Positions 12,301 to 24,836 of a DNA stretch of 64,000 nucleotides are shown piece after piece. The notes under the pieces were generated by a model. That model was given only the letters and a program-made list of their open reading frames with translations. It had not been told where the DNA came from and did not search any database. Position numbers and translations under genes: made by a program. This DNA is from Chlorokybus atmophyticus (Eukaryota; Plantae; Mesostigma and Chlorokybus algae), in assembly GCA_009103225.1 (NCBI GenBank), contig RHPI01001559.1, positions 227,996 to 291,995 on the forward strand, given 5' to 3'. The stretch's first letter is position 1; each line of letters begins with the position of its first letter.

Positions 12301-12620
12301 AAGTCCCGCTCTCTGCAGACAGCATCAAGTTTGAGAGGCAAGAAAACGAGGCATATGTGGATTTTTTCACCACTGCGACTCCAGCACAAGGCTTTAACCA
12401 GGCTGTGGATCTTCTGATTCAGCTCCATGTCGAAGGGGGTTTCTGGAAGTCGCACCAGATCAAAACCGCTGGCAGAAAGACGCCTCTCACGCTGGGTCGA
12501 GCTACTCTATACGAGGCAGTCCTTGACACTGCACAGCCTGAGACTGTTCTGTCTACGCGCTTACGAGTGCAACCACCTCATGACACGGACAGGCCATGCA
12601 GATTCCAGCACTCGGTGTAA
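9355..12620 (+). CDS. Coiled-coil + 8x WD40 repeat protein with an uncharacterised C-terminal region (multi-exon)
   Basis: Exon 9355-9501 joins in phase 0 to an acceptor near 9685 and the long ORF 9707-11662. There are eight GH..V..VAWSPDG.QLAT.S.D....WD..TG repeats. Further probable exons lie at about 11680-11950, 12020-12200 and 12320-12620; the 3' splicing is not fully resolved. Confidence 0.8.
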
Positions 12621-14445
12621 GGGTGAGGAGGCTAGTTTCAAAGCAGCAGCTGTCTGTCAGCGTCGTTGTGGCAGTATTGCTCAGGTCATCACGCGGTTGT
12701 GGATTGCAATGCACACCCAACCATAAGTTGCGGCTATGCAAGGCGCCCATCACCACGACGGCAGCTGTGGTGCTGTGTAACATATATGCAATGTTATGCA
12801 TGTGTGTGGCTGATCACAATGGCGCGTGAGTATGGCGCGTCTAGTGACAGAATACCGTGATGGTGGAATAGAAAGCGGTAGCGACGGGCACTGTCCTATA
12901 ACCATGTACATGTGCATGTAGTATTGTGTGATTCTAGTACAGATATTAGCCTGTCAGTAAGTCAGTTGTGGCATGTGTACACCTCAAGCTCCCGTCGCAT
13001 GCTGACAGTGTTTGTCATTATGACTGATGTGTGCACTGTGGCACCCGCAAGCAATGGGCGCAAGCCATTGCACTACCGGCAACAATGATTGTTGCAGCAA
13101 TCCTATATCGCGCAGTTTGCGGTGTAGATCATGAACTCCCCAAGCTGGTAGACCATCTTGTCAATAAGACGCCCTCGGTCAGGCAAAGGTGTCGCACTTG
13201 CTGGGGCTGTATGCTGCTGCTCGAGTCAGATTGCTTGGCCTCCCTAGAACGGATCAACGCAGTCAGAGTAGGCTTTCAGCCCGGACCGTCTTCCACTGTT
13301 TATATATCAAAGTCAGGGCATACATGCGCTCATGTTCACGGCCTGTGGCAAGCTTGCGAGCGATACAAGGACACGGCTACGGGCAAGACTGTTCAGCTGT
13401 TGTCGTTATCATAGTGGATGTCATGCAGCTAAACTGCGGCCTACTGCACAGACGCCCTCTGAGTATATGCTCATTGCATTAATACTGCCTGCTCAGACGT
13501 TAGACAAGGTTACTGCTCAGAGGGGTCAGTGGTTGCACGAAAGCAATTACAATACCAATGTAGTACACGTGTACGCATGCGCTCATGCACGTACGTGCAT
13601 ATATGCACACTTGACTTAACAAACTTAGGAGTTGCGCGCACATGTCACTCGCACAAATGCACGCACAAAGGTGCGCACCTACAGTACCTGCGCCGTTGTT
13701 TGACCTCCTTGCTAACTTTCTGAGCTTGGCCACCATTAGCGCCCTCGTCAAAGCGGACGACGCTCACAGGCTCGGGTTGAGTGCTCTGCATTGCTTGTTT
13801 GGCCTTTGCGGGTTGAGTGGAATGTGCTCATGGAGGGACTCCAGCTCTCTGGCAGCTACAGTGGGCTCGTGGCATGGCACTTGTGACTAAGGTGTGCCAG
13901 AGGGTGGTACATGAGGTGTCGAGTGTGTAGCATCACTCAGTTGATGCCGTCCCTCCTCAATGTGGTAGGACGTCATCAATGAAGACGTCCCACCACCAGT
14001 TGTCTGCAAACAGCCAGTTGTCCAACGCATGCGTTGCACAACATGCTCCGCAGGCTGATATACGCAACTTGGTGAACTGGTTGGTGCAATGTTGTGTATG
14101 TTGTGCATGTACTGCACCTCGCTGCCTGCTTGATTTTCGGCTGCTGGTCAAGCAGATGGTGGCTGATCGGCAATGTGCTTCACTGTGACAAGGAAGCACA
14201 CTTTATGAGACGAGCCATTTCAGACAGTACCAAACAGACGGCCCGAGCTTCATAACATGCACCACGTGTTTGCATTCCATGCATTTGCAAACACCAGTGC
14301 CAATCATCGTTGCATAACCCTGCATAATAGAATCTCATCACCTTGTGTGGGAATTATCACGAAGCAAGGTGAGTCGCTTGACGGGATGCGCAAGTTGCCA
14401 TGCTACAGCTTTATCTCATGACACCGGACTGCGCATAAGCAACAG

Positions 14446-15896
14446 TCAACACCAAGTGATGTGCTTGCTGGCGAACAAGTCATCGAGTTGCTGTGGGGAG
14501 AACTCCTTAGTGAAGTGATCGTCTGAACAGCGAACAAACACCCGATCAACCTGTTTTTCCAACTCGCTGTCGCCAGGTCACAGCCAGAAATCCACGCAGC
14601 AGCAGACGATATGTGAGCCAAGCTCCACATTGGGCCCCAGAGCAGCAACCAACACTTCATCATCGTTCGATCTGGTTGTATCCCAACCAAAAACGGTTTC
14701 AATGCTTTCATCGGCATTTGCACGGGTGTTGAGCAAGCATGCTATCTTGCCGTCTCTGCACCGCACAACTTGCACCACAACATCAGCATGGTCAGCAAGG
14801 TCAAGTGGCCTTCTCAGCAGCAGGCGGCAGTCTTCAAGAGACATGGCCAGCAAGTGTAGCTGCACAGAAGATAGGCAAACACTAGTGAGTTTCACATGTC
14901 TTGCGCCCAACATGGATGCTGTTTTTCTTCTCTTGCCTTACCTGCTCTGCGTTATTGCAGTGAACAGCTTGACCCACCCATACAGTGATGGTGAACAGGT
15001 AGTCCTCTAATACAGGTTGACGGTTGCTTATGGGAGCCAGGCCTGCGCTGTGACATTGTGCATACAACCGCTGGTATCCAGTGCCAATCTGCTCATGCAC
15101 CTGAGAGAGGCACACTCTGGTCAGTTTAATCTCACAAAGGTCATGTTAAGACACTCAAAACCATGCATGCTGCTACCATTGCTGGACAATTAGTGTGCAC
15201 AGTGCATATTGGCAGTTGACTCCTGAAGGCAACTGTACTGCTGAAAGGTGGTAGCCATTTGCACGCATTGCACCCACACATGTGTTCCAGGTCAACTTGT
15301 TCAACGCACGTGCTGCACACAACTGCAACATAACAGTCAACACACACAGAGTCAAGCCCCGTCAAGTTCCTAATGGGTGTTGGCTGCTATGCTGCGGTTG
15401 TGTGGAATCCTTGCGTGGAGTTATGCTGGAGCACGTGCAGGCACGCATGCATACAGGACCGGTTGCATGCAACTGTACGTCCATAAGCATGCACAACCAA
15501 CCTGATGTTGCACGTGCGATGTCATGGCTAAGAACCGCTTACATGACCTGCATGCTACTCAGCTAAGTAGCACTTATACATGGCATGAAGGGCATCCTGC
15601 AATATCCCACATTGCGTAACCTCTGAATCATGAGCCAAACGACGCCATGCCAAGCATTCGGACTTTGCTTCTCACTCTCACAACAGGGTGACTGGAGTGT
15701 TAAGCTAGTCAAAGCCAACACATTGGTCAACAAACCTTGCGCAGCCACAAAGTAGTGTTGCAGGCAGAGACTCTTCCACAGCGCCTGCTGCGCCGCCCGC
15801 CGCCAAGCGCGGCAGACACAGGCGCACCTCGCCAGCTCGCGTCCGCCCAGCCGAGAACACCTCATCAACCAGCAGCTCGCTGGCCAGGACGTCCAT
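14446..15896 (-). pseudogene. F-box family copy 1 (subtype A)
   Basis: Three exons: MDVLASELLVDEVFS..ELARCACVCRAWRRAAQQ, GTGYQRLYAQ..EDYLFTITV, and LHLLAM..KHITWC*. Frameshift early in exon 1 and an in-frame TGA in exon 3 (DFWL*PG). Confidence 0.88.
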
Positions 15897-16986
15897 GGCG
15901 GCGCCACCGCCGCCGCCGCCGCTGTCACATCAGCAAGCAGCAGCAGCAGCATGCAGACACACCAAGTGCTAAGCTTAGGTAAGAGTGATAGCGCTTGGTT
16001 CAGCCGCATGCTGGCGGCGGCGGCATGCAGTGTACGTGCTTCAGTAGTTGTGGCGCTGCTGGAAAATGCTAAAAGTTAAGGTCTATGCAAGGCGCGCAAG
16101 CTCTGTTCAGGTCAAGGTACTGCTAGTAGCAAGCAGCCTGTGGGACTGCAGCTGGGCAGCGGCTGCCTTCAAGCTTCTTGACTGCTGCACTGCCAATGAA
16201 TGCGTGCCTGCGTGTAATTCAAGTAAGAGTCATTGATGGCATGCAAGCTGCTGCTCTTGCTAGCTGCACAAGCACCAACCAGCACCGTGACTGCAGCCAC
16301 TGGTTGGCGCAGCAACGGATGCTTATTGCCTCCTTTCACAAGCAACGTGACTCACCGGGAGGCTCCCCAAGCGAGCAACATGGTGTCTGTGTGATTTGGC
16401 ACACGATAGTAAGCAGCGAAGAGGCACCAAGAACCTGCCTTGGGTGACTGCGCTTTTCTCGTTTTGGCACAACAGAACCAGACGTCATGTTGCAGTGCTC
16501 ATTCCCGACGAACAACATGTACATTCATTTGAGCTCAGTGCTTGCACAAGCTTGCAGCAAAAGCAAACAAGGGTACACAGCCAGGTTAGAGTGTTCCTAT
16601 CTTTGCGCAAACATAGAGCAGGATGCCTGCGCACACAGAAACTGCGCTGGATCCCCCTGCTCAGCAGACTGCAGTAAAGCACTCACTCAGCATGTGAGTC
16701 ACAGGCAGTGGATAAGCCAGCATTGACAGCAGACTACCTACAGCATTCACGGTGTACAGTGTCGTGACAGCGTTGCATCAACCGCAAGACTGTCCAACTA
16801 CAATCGGTAAGCAGCAAGCGCTAAGGCGCACCCACCCACATGTGCCATGGCCACATTGCTTGGTAAAGTAACAAGTGCGATTGCCAATGTTACTGCACAG
16901 GAAATTACTGAGCAACGACACTTGGCACTCAGGTTGGCGTTTTCCATTGGCACACCCGCGGCGGCGGCAGCGACGCTGCTGTTGCA

Positions 16987-18374
16987 ATGAAGTTCCTAGC
17001 CAGCGATTTGTTGGAGGAGGTGTTCGCAAGGCTTAGCGGGCGCGACCTTGCGCGCTGCGCGTTTGTGTGCCGCGCCTGGCGACGGGCTGCGCAGGCAGAT
17101 GGGCTCTGGAGAATTCTATGCTTGGACCACTACCCTGCGGCTGTCGAGGTAGGATTGATGCTGCATGCTCCTCATCCATAAGTTATATACCCTTATAAAA
17201 CTTATGGTTGAGGAGCATGCAGCATCAAGAATGGTAGATCTCGCATACACATTTTGTTGCAAGTCTTGGAGGCGCCCCACGTGTACGCTCACACACCCAA
17301 CACAACTCCTTCAAAAATCGTGGGTGTGTGTGTACACGTGGGGGGCCTCTAACTCCTCAACAGGTTCAGGCGTTCCAAAAACATGAGCGTTGGCAGGCTG
17401 ATTGTGCTCTGGCTTGCTGCGTGTTCACAAGTTATGCAGACAGAGCCATGCATGCACACCACGTGCGCAGTGTGACTGTGTGCGAGGTGCTTGCATAGGC
17501 TGACATACCAACAACTTCTTGTCCACAGTTAACCAAGGCTACGGAGTTAGACTGAACGTGCATGAGCCGTGTGCAGCAAGCAGTACAACATGTACATATA
17601 GAAGATACAGAAGCAAATTATCACAGAATAAAAGTGTGGATTAGTAGTTGCTACACTACGAGAAATTGAACACGACGTTCACCAAATGCAGCTTGTGCTC
17701 CAGGTGCACGACATGATGGGTACATCGTACCGTTGTTTGTTTGCACAACACCAGCACACACGACTGCTACCTGTACCACATCGTCAACGCGATTATCGAC
17801 CAGAGCTTTACTTGTACATCCTTTATTTCTGGTTGGGTGAAGATGTGTACTGGGGCTTAACCGAACAGGTGAGCAAAAGCACTGAAGACTGCACTAGTTG
17901 GACACATGTTACGACTCAGTCAAGTTGAACATGTGTTGTGCTGTCAGTATGCTTGGCAGCCAGGGGCCACGGTAGACAAAGAGTTTGATTGTAAACTGTA
18001 GCTGGAGACACCGCACGAGTTCGGCGATCGCCGAAGTATCGGTTCAAGTCATATGTAAGCGGGACGGCAAGATGGCGTGCTTGTTAGACACGGGCGCGCG
18101 TCACGTTGTTGGCCGCGAGTGCGTGTGGGGAGACGGCACATGGCTTGATTGGGACTTGTTTATAGCGGTGGTAAACGGGCCACACCTGCAGGTCGGGAAC
18201 AACAGCACCGCGTCTTGCAATGTTGAGTTTCATCTGGCTTCGGGTCTTGAAGATGAATGCGAACGCGAGTTGTGTCGAGTGGATGTGTCCGTTGGGAATG
18301 ACGAAAGCGATACCTTGTCTTCACCGGACCTTGATCGGTCTTTCTTGGGCAGCGAGGACATTGTATGGTACTGA
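16987..18374 (+). pseudogene. F-box family copy 2 (subtype B)
   Basis: MKFLASDLLEEVFARLSGRDLARCAFVCRAWRRAAQADGLW. Exon 2 is at about 17704-17868 and exon 3 ends SEDIVWY*. There is a TAG at about 17998 and a frameshift near 18030. Confidence 0.85.
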
Positions 18375-19164
18375 GCAAGCATAGTAGTATGCAGCACGAC
18401 AGTGCGCTTGCAGTGCAGCAATCAGCAGTTTCGTGGCTGTGTCACGTGTAGCATTGCTCAAGCGGCTCGTCGAGTCGAGCCACTGCAACACTAGCTGCCT
18501 TCGCAGCTCAGGGCATTCAGGGTGCAGCGAGACGTAGGTCGGTTTGCTGCTGAGAACAAGAACTGATTGTCTAACACGTGACATGCTATTCAGCTACTGC
18601 ACGCACACACATGCTCACACAGCCAAATCCTCAGCTGCTACCTCGCCCCGTCAGCCTGAGTGCTGAGTCAGGTAACAACCAACTGCCTGCACGGTGCTTT
18701 GTATAGTTAACACATAGTATTGTGTTAAACCTTGTGTACTTCACTCTGCACCGTATACATGACAAAACCAAGCGAGTTGTCGTGTCAGTCTGGATTGAAC
18801 TGGTGCCAGTGATTAGCGTTGCAACTCGTGGCCATACCACCTGCCATTGCTCTATCATGGTCGACACGAAGCTCTTCGTACGCGACAAGATGCAATGTTG
18901 ACTTGTTTTCATCGCAGCGCAGTCACGGTGTTCCTTGGTTGCTGTCTTGACACAACATCGGTCATGATCAGTAGCAAGGCATGGGCTTCATGGAACTCAT
19001 CCAATGTCCAATGATTCACATGCATAACCCAATCACACGTGCAAACCTCATCGTCTGCTTATGGAAACAGTCACATCTTAAGGTGACTCACCTTGTGACG
19101 TCACGCAAGACAACATGCCATGTAGGCTACAGTTTGCTTGGTAGCAACACCATGCAAGCTTGTG

Positions 19165-20530
19165 TCACGACAAAACTATTTTTGAGTAACAGTCACTCCA
19201 GGTGATGAGTTTGGTGGCCAACAGACGATCAAGCTGGGCTGGGTCCAACTCATACTCGCTGTCATTGTCCGTAACGCGAACACGAACTCGATCGACCTGT
19301 TTTACCAAGTCGCCTTTACTATTCAGCCGAATGATGTCCGCCACACAGCAGATGAATGTATCCTCAAACTCCACACCAGGCCCTTGGGCAGTGACCACCA
19401 GTTGGCCCTCATACCTTGCTACGAATTCATTACCCCATACGGTCTCGAGCCAGTTATCAAACGCATTGGTGTTCAACAAGCACGCCATCTCTTCGCCGCA
19501 CAACTTGCACCAGCACACTGACATGACCAGCGAGGTCGCTCGGCTGTTTCAGCGACAGGCGGCAATCTTCATCAAAGTACAACCAGGACAGGTCATGTAG
19601 CTGCCAAACAGAAGACAGACAGAATACCTGCTCAATGTGGCACGTCTTGCAACCAGAAAGAGCGATTGTTCGACAGAGTCCGAAGGCTTCCCATGGCTTA
19701 CCTCTTCTGCAGTCGTCCAGTAAACAGCTTTGCCCTGCACCACAGTAATGGTGTACGTGTATGCATCAACTTGAAGCTCAGGGTCACGGTAGCCCCTGGG
19801 GCGCCAGGCCCGCTTCTTCAGATTGTGCATACAACCGCTGGTAAGCAATGCTTATCTTCTTGCGCACCTGCGAGAGCCACACTATTCAAGTTGGTCAAGT
19901 TGTCTGAAGAAGAGTTGATGTTGAGAACTATGCTGTTGAATTCGCTCAGCAAGTTGTGCACAGCGCACGTTGACAGTTGGACGCCGAAAGCAAGTGGTGC
20001 AAGCATACTGCTAACAGGGCGCTAGCCGCTTTGCACGCACACATACATGCTCGCAAACATGAGTCCGGCACGCACACATGCTCATACCAACAGCAGTGCG
20101 TGTGGCACACGCACTGCTGATGGTGTGAGCGCGCAAACGCATGTGTGTGCGCTCGCGGTTGGCCTCATTAGCCTCCCGGAGTGCGACACAACACCTCACC
20201 TTGCCAACAATGTTCAACATACAGCCCACACATATGCGCGCACACAAACAGAGCCAAGCTTCGTCCTGGAATGAATGTTATGTTGCGGTGTGAAGCAGCT
20301 TGCGCGGAGAGAGCTGACATGAAGCACGCGCAAACTCGCATGCACACAACCGCCGATCAAATGCTGCTGCCATACAGCGCAGTAGTAGGCAACCCATCAG
20401 TCATCACACACCTCCTCGGCTGCAGGGTAGCGCTCCAGGCTGAGTCTTTTCCAGAGCGTTTCCTGCTGCGTCGCCCGCCTACCCAAGGGAACACCTCGTC
20501 ACTGAGCAGCTCGCTAGGCAGGAGGTCCAT
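19165..20530 (-). pseudogene. F-box family copy 3 (subtype A2)
   Basis: Starts MDLLPSELLSDEVF. About 46 nt are deleted from the F-box core, exon 2 is frameshifted, and exon 3 carries an 8-nt deletion. Ends ATKLITWSD... Confidence 0.85.
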
Positions 20531-21193
20531 GGCGCCGCCGCCGCCGCCGCCGCCGCCGACGTAGCAGCAGAAGCATGCATATGCATGCAGACACACACCA
20601 ACTAGCTGGTAAGCTTAGCTGAAAAGAGTGGACTACAACTGGCCTGCTGTAGGCTGCAGAATGGTGCTTGGTTCAGCGGCACACCGCAGCGGCGGAATGC
20701 AGTGCATGTGCTTCAAAGGTGGTGGCGCTGCTGGAGAACGCTCCAAGACCTGAGCTCCGTATAAGGCGTACGCACTGTTCACAAGTCAAGCTACTAGCAG
20801 GGAGCGTAGTGGCACTGCTGGGCAGCAGCTTAGCTTCTTTGCTGCTGCATCGCCGCTTGAAACGCGTGCCTGCATGCTTGCAGCCAGCTGACTGCAGAAG
20901 AATTGGGCAGCAGCGCAGGTTATAGGCTACAGGCTAACGCTGCTCAGGCTTGCCAAGCGCAGTGGATAAAGCCATTGCGCTTGCGCCCTCCTTTACCAGC
21001 TCCTCAAGCTCTTGGCAGTTGACAAAACAGTGCTCGGCGACCCTATATCAGCCTCTGCTCTACCAGGCCGCCTGCTTGCACTTGTGTACGTGCCAGCATG
21101 CATGCAAGCTCTCGCAAGCTATCAAGAGCATGCTTATGTTTCTCAGTGCTGCTGTTGTCACAGCAGTCGTCGTCGGCGGCGGCGGTGGCAGCC

Positions 21194-22803
21194 ATGGACC
21201 CCCCTGGGCGGCGAGCTGCTGTTTGCGGAGGTCTTCTTTCGGTTGGGTGGGCGCGACCTGGCCCGTTGCGCCTGCGTCTGCCGCGCCTGGCGGAGGGCGG
21301 CGCAGCAGGAGACACTCTGGAAGACACTCTGCTTGGAGCAATTCCCTGTGGCTGAGGAGGTGCGTGTTGACAACTCAGTGACTTCCTGGAAAAAGCGTTC
21401 AGTAATACTACAGCAATCAGTCTTGATTGATTGACTGATTGCTTTGTCGTGGGCGGTTGGCTTGTCGTGCTTCTGCTTCAGGGTCACAGTCCAACATGTG
21501 AGGTATAATTGCATGACTGGCTCACACGCTGCTGAGATTAGGTGCCATAAGCCACATTTTACTTAGCTCAAGCTTATATAGCACGTAGTCAGGTGAGCTG
21601 TTCTGCACCATGACATCACACGTGCAGGTGTCACAACGGTTGTGTGCATGCTTGTTGACGTGCATGTACACTTACACAACTGGGCTTGTATGCATGTTTG
21701 CGTGCGTGTGCCACATCAACCTATTCCACGCCAGTGCTCCCCCAACCTTATCAAGACCTCATCCATGACTTGATCAGGCTTACTCAGTAACCAGGCTGGC
21801 TATGTTACTCTTAAGGCTTACTCAGTGACCAGACTGGCTATGTTGTTGTATGCATACGCGTGTCCACGCATGCATAAGCACCTGCATGTGAGCATGCCTG
21901 CGTGCGAGCGTGTGCCCACTTAGAGCGTGTGTGCGCGCGCAAACGGCTAACACCCTACAAAACAACTTGTTTGCAGTATTGTGCCTTCAGCATTCAAGTG
22001 TCAACTGTCAACTCCAGCTTAATTCACACTCAACCTGCACTATGCACAATATGTCAAGGAACTCGAGCAGCGTGTCTGTAAACGTCTTGTTGTAACTCTT
22101 CTTGGACTATACTTAACCACCTCAGAGTGTGCCCCTCTGAGATGACGAGGAGATCAGCACTGGTTACCAGCGGCTGTATGCGCAATTTCAGACCGTGCGC
22201 CTGGCGCCCATAGGCAACTGTGAACCTGAGTTAGAGGACTACCTGTTCACCATCACTTTGGTGGTGGATGAAGTTGTTTACTGGGATGCTGCAGAACAGG
22301 TAAGCTACGAGGAGAAGCAACCACCATTCAAGTTGAGCGCATGATTTGTCAAACTGAACATGATGTTGTGCCTGTCTTCTGTTATGCAGCTACACTTACT
22401 GGACGTGTCCTTCGAAGACTCCTGCCTCTCGTTGAAAGGCCCGTATGACCCGTATGAGCTCGTCGACCACGTCGACGTTGTGGTTCAAGTTGTGCGGCGT
22501 GAAGATGGCAAGATGGCATGCTTGTGTGATACCAATGCAACTTGTGACCGACACAAACTTGATAACTGGGATGTGATTGAGATGGACGACGGTGACGTGA
22601 CGGTCACAGCTGTGGGACCCGACGTGGGATTTGGATCAACGGCCGCCTACTGCTTAGTGGATTTCTATCTGTCACCTGGCGCAAAAGCGTTGGAAAAACA
22701 GCTTGATCGGGTGATTGTTCACTTCTCGGACAACGACTCTGATGAGTTCTCCCCACAGCAAGTCATCAACTTGTTGGCCAGTAACCTCATCACCTGGTGT
22801 TGA
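21194..22803 (+). pseudogene. F-box family copy 4 (subtype A)
   Basis: An extra C after ATGGAC shifts the frame before LGGELLFAEVFFRLGGRDLARCACVCRAW. The exon-2 acceptor region is damaged. Exon 3 is open and ends SNLITWC*. Confidence 0.82.
21776..21844 (+). repeat. 38-bp-period tandem duplication in intron 1 of copy 4
   Basis: AGGCTTACTCAGT(A/G)ACCAG(G/A)CTGGCTATGTT occurs twice. Confidence 0.9.
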
Positions 22804-24836
22804 CTATCGCCCCAAGCTTATATGATCGTTACACAGCAACCTGTAGCCACGCAACACTGAGTGAAGGCAAGTCACTTGCAACGTGACATTGTTTCACAAG
22901 ATGAGGTTGTACACTGCGATTGGATTATGCACCAGCACCAGATGCGATTGATGCTGGTGTTGGAACATGCATGGTGCGCGGACACAGGCTGCATGCCAAG
23001 AAGCATAGGCGTTCACTTGCTGTTTACCGGAGATGACTTGCTGCAGCACTTGTGTACGCCGTGGCTGTGCTGCGCTGGCAGAAGGTCGACATCACTGTGT
23101 GTCATGTAAGAATTGACTGACATGCTGTACAGAATATGCACGTGATGTATGCAACATGCACGACACATGCATGGACACTTAACCACACTCACCTCTATCA
23201 CGACCATAGGCACAGATGTGTGCCTTGTGTCTCACTTGGCAGTTACTTGTATTGTCAACCCTCGTAACTTACTGAGAACATCTCCCAAAGATTCTCACTA
23301 GGTAATACTGCGTCTGCACATTGCAGAACTCCTTGTACACGCTTGCCAGACCAACTATGTCGACCGACCGTGCAAGCTGAGTACAACAGCCATCACATGC
23401 GCTTATTCGTGCATACGCATCATGTATACAATGATGTGTATACGCGAGGTGCTGGCAGGTACTCCTTTTGCATGCCTTGCCTTTGCCTTCAGGGCAAACC
23501 TGTTGCCCAGGCTTGACAACAGGTTTGCCCTGAAGATGCACTCAGCCATGCAACTTGTGCAATGGCACGGAGCTGGTGCATCGCCTTTGCTGGCCATGGC
23601 AACTTTATTGCTGCGCCTGAAGCATAAACAAGTTATGTGACTGTAGACTGCTCACACGATAATTGGATGACGGAAACTTGTTTACATTTCCGGTGGCTGG
23701 GACTCACAGGCTGTGAGTAAGTGCTGAACAGCAGGGGGATTCTAATGCATCACATGTACGCGCAGGCGAAGAGTACTCTGATACATACACATGTACACAA
23801 GGTCCACTTGTCCCTCACCGCATAGTCACAATATGCAACAGTGCAGCACCAACGGTGACAATTTGTGACACTGTTGCACACGTCTGCACTGCATGACTGC
23901 GTGTGCAGTGCACACGCAGTCGGTGGTTACCACTGGTGGATGTCGTGTTGCTGCTTGGAACGGAGAGAAAGGTTGAAACGCTTTGCTTGCATGGCACAAC
24001 AGCAACGCTTGCTTGTTGTCATAAGGCTACTACTAGCTAGTAGTCTGGCTAGTAGCTGCCACTTTCGCATGCAGAGAAGGCAGTACATAGGGATCGGTTA
24101 AAGAGTTTCTATGACTTGCAAGAACAATAGACCACGATGTTTGCTGCTCCAAGCCATCGTTCAAGACATAATGGCGGCATTCGTCAGATCCAGCTACCAA
24201 GGGATGCTTGCGTAAGCTTGTGCAAGCATTCAGCTCAACTGGATTCAGCACATGAGCAACCCAACGCTGTGGCGCACAACTTGTGCGGACTGTTGGGAAT
24301 AAGGTTGCAGTGAGTCAACGCTTGCAATGTGCGCCTCCGCTACTAACGTGTGCCTGGTCGCACGGAACACAACAGCACACTCAGGAGTGGTATGCGCTTA
24401 TAGTCAAAGCAGTTTTGACTATAAGTGCATACCACTCCGCAAGCTTTCATGTTGCGCTGCTGTTTTGTGGTAGTGCCATCTTACTGAGCTTACTGGGATA
24501 CGCACGCAGGCACTCGTTGAAAGAGGCAGTGCAGCAGCGACGAATTTGCTGCCCAGCTGCAGTGCTGCATTAGGCTAGTAGCTTGACCTGAACAGTGCGT
24601 ACGCGCCTTACATGGACCTCAGCTCTCAAAGAATCTTCCAGCAGCCACCACTGTTGTTGAAGCACATACATGCACTGCATGCCGCCGCCGCCGGCGTGCC
24701 GCTGAACCAAGCTATGCGCTATCACTCTTACCAGCTAAGCTTAGCACTTGCTGTGTCTGCATGCTGAGTCAATGCATGCTTCCTCTGCTTGCTGATGTGG
24801 CTGCCAGGCGGCGGCGGTGGTGGCGGTGGCGCCGCC

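Noticed and set aside
13031-13414. 127-aa ORF as a CDS
   Set aside because: No family motif and no splice context.
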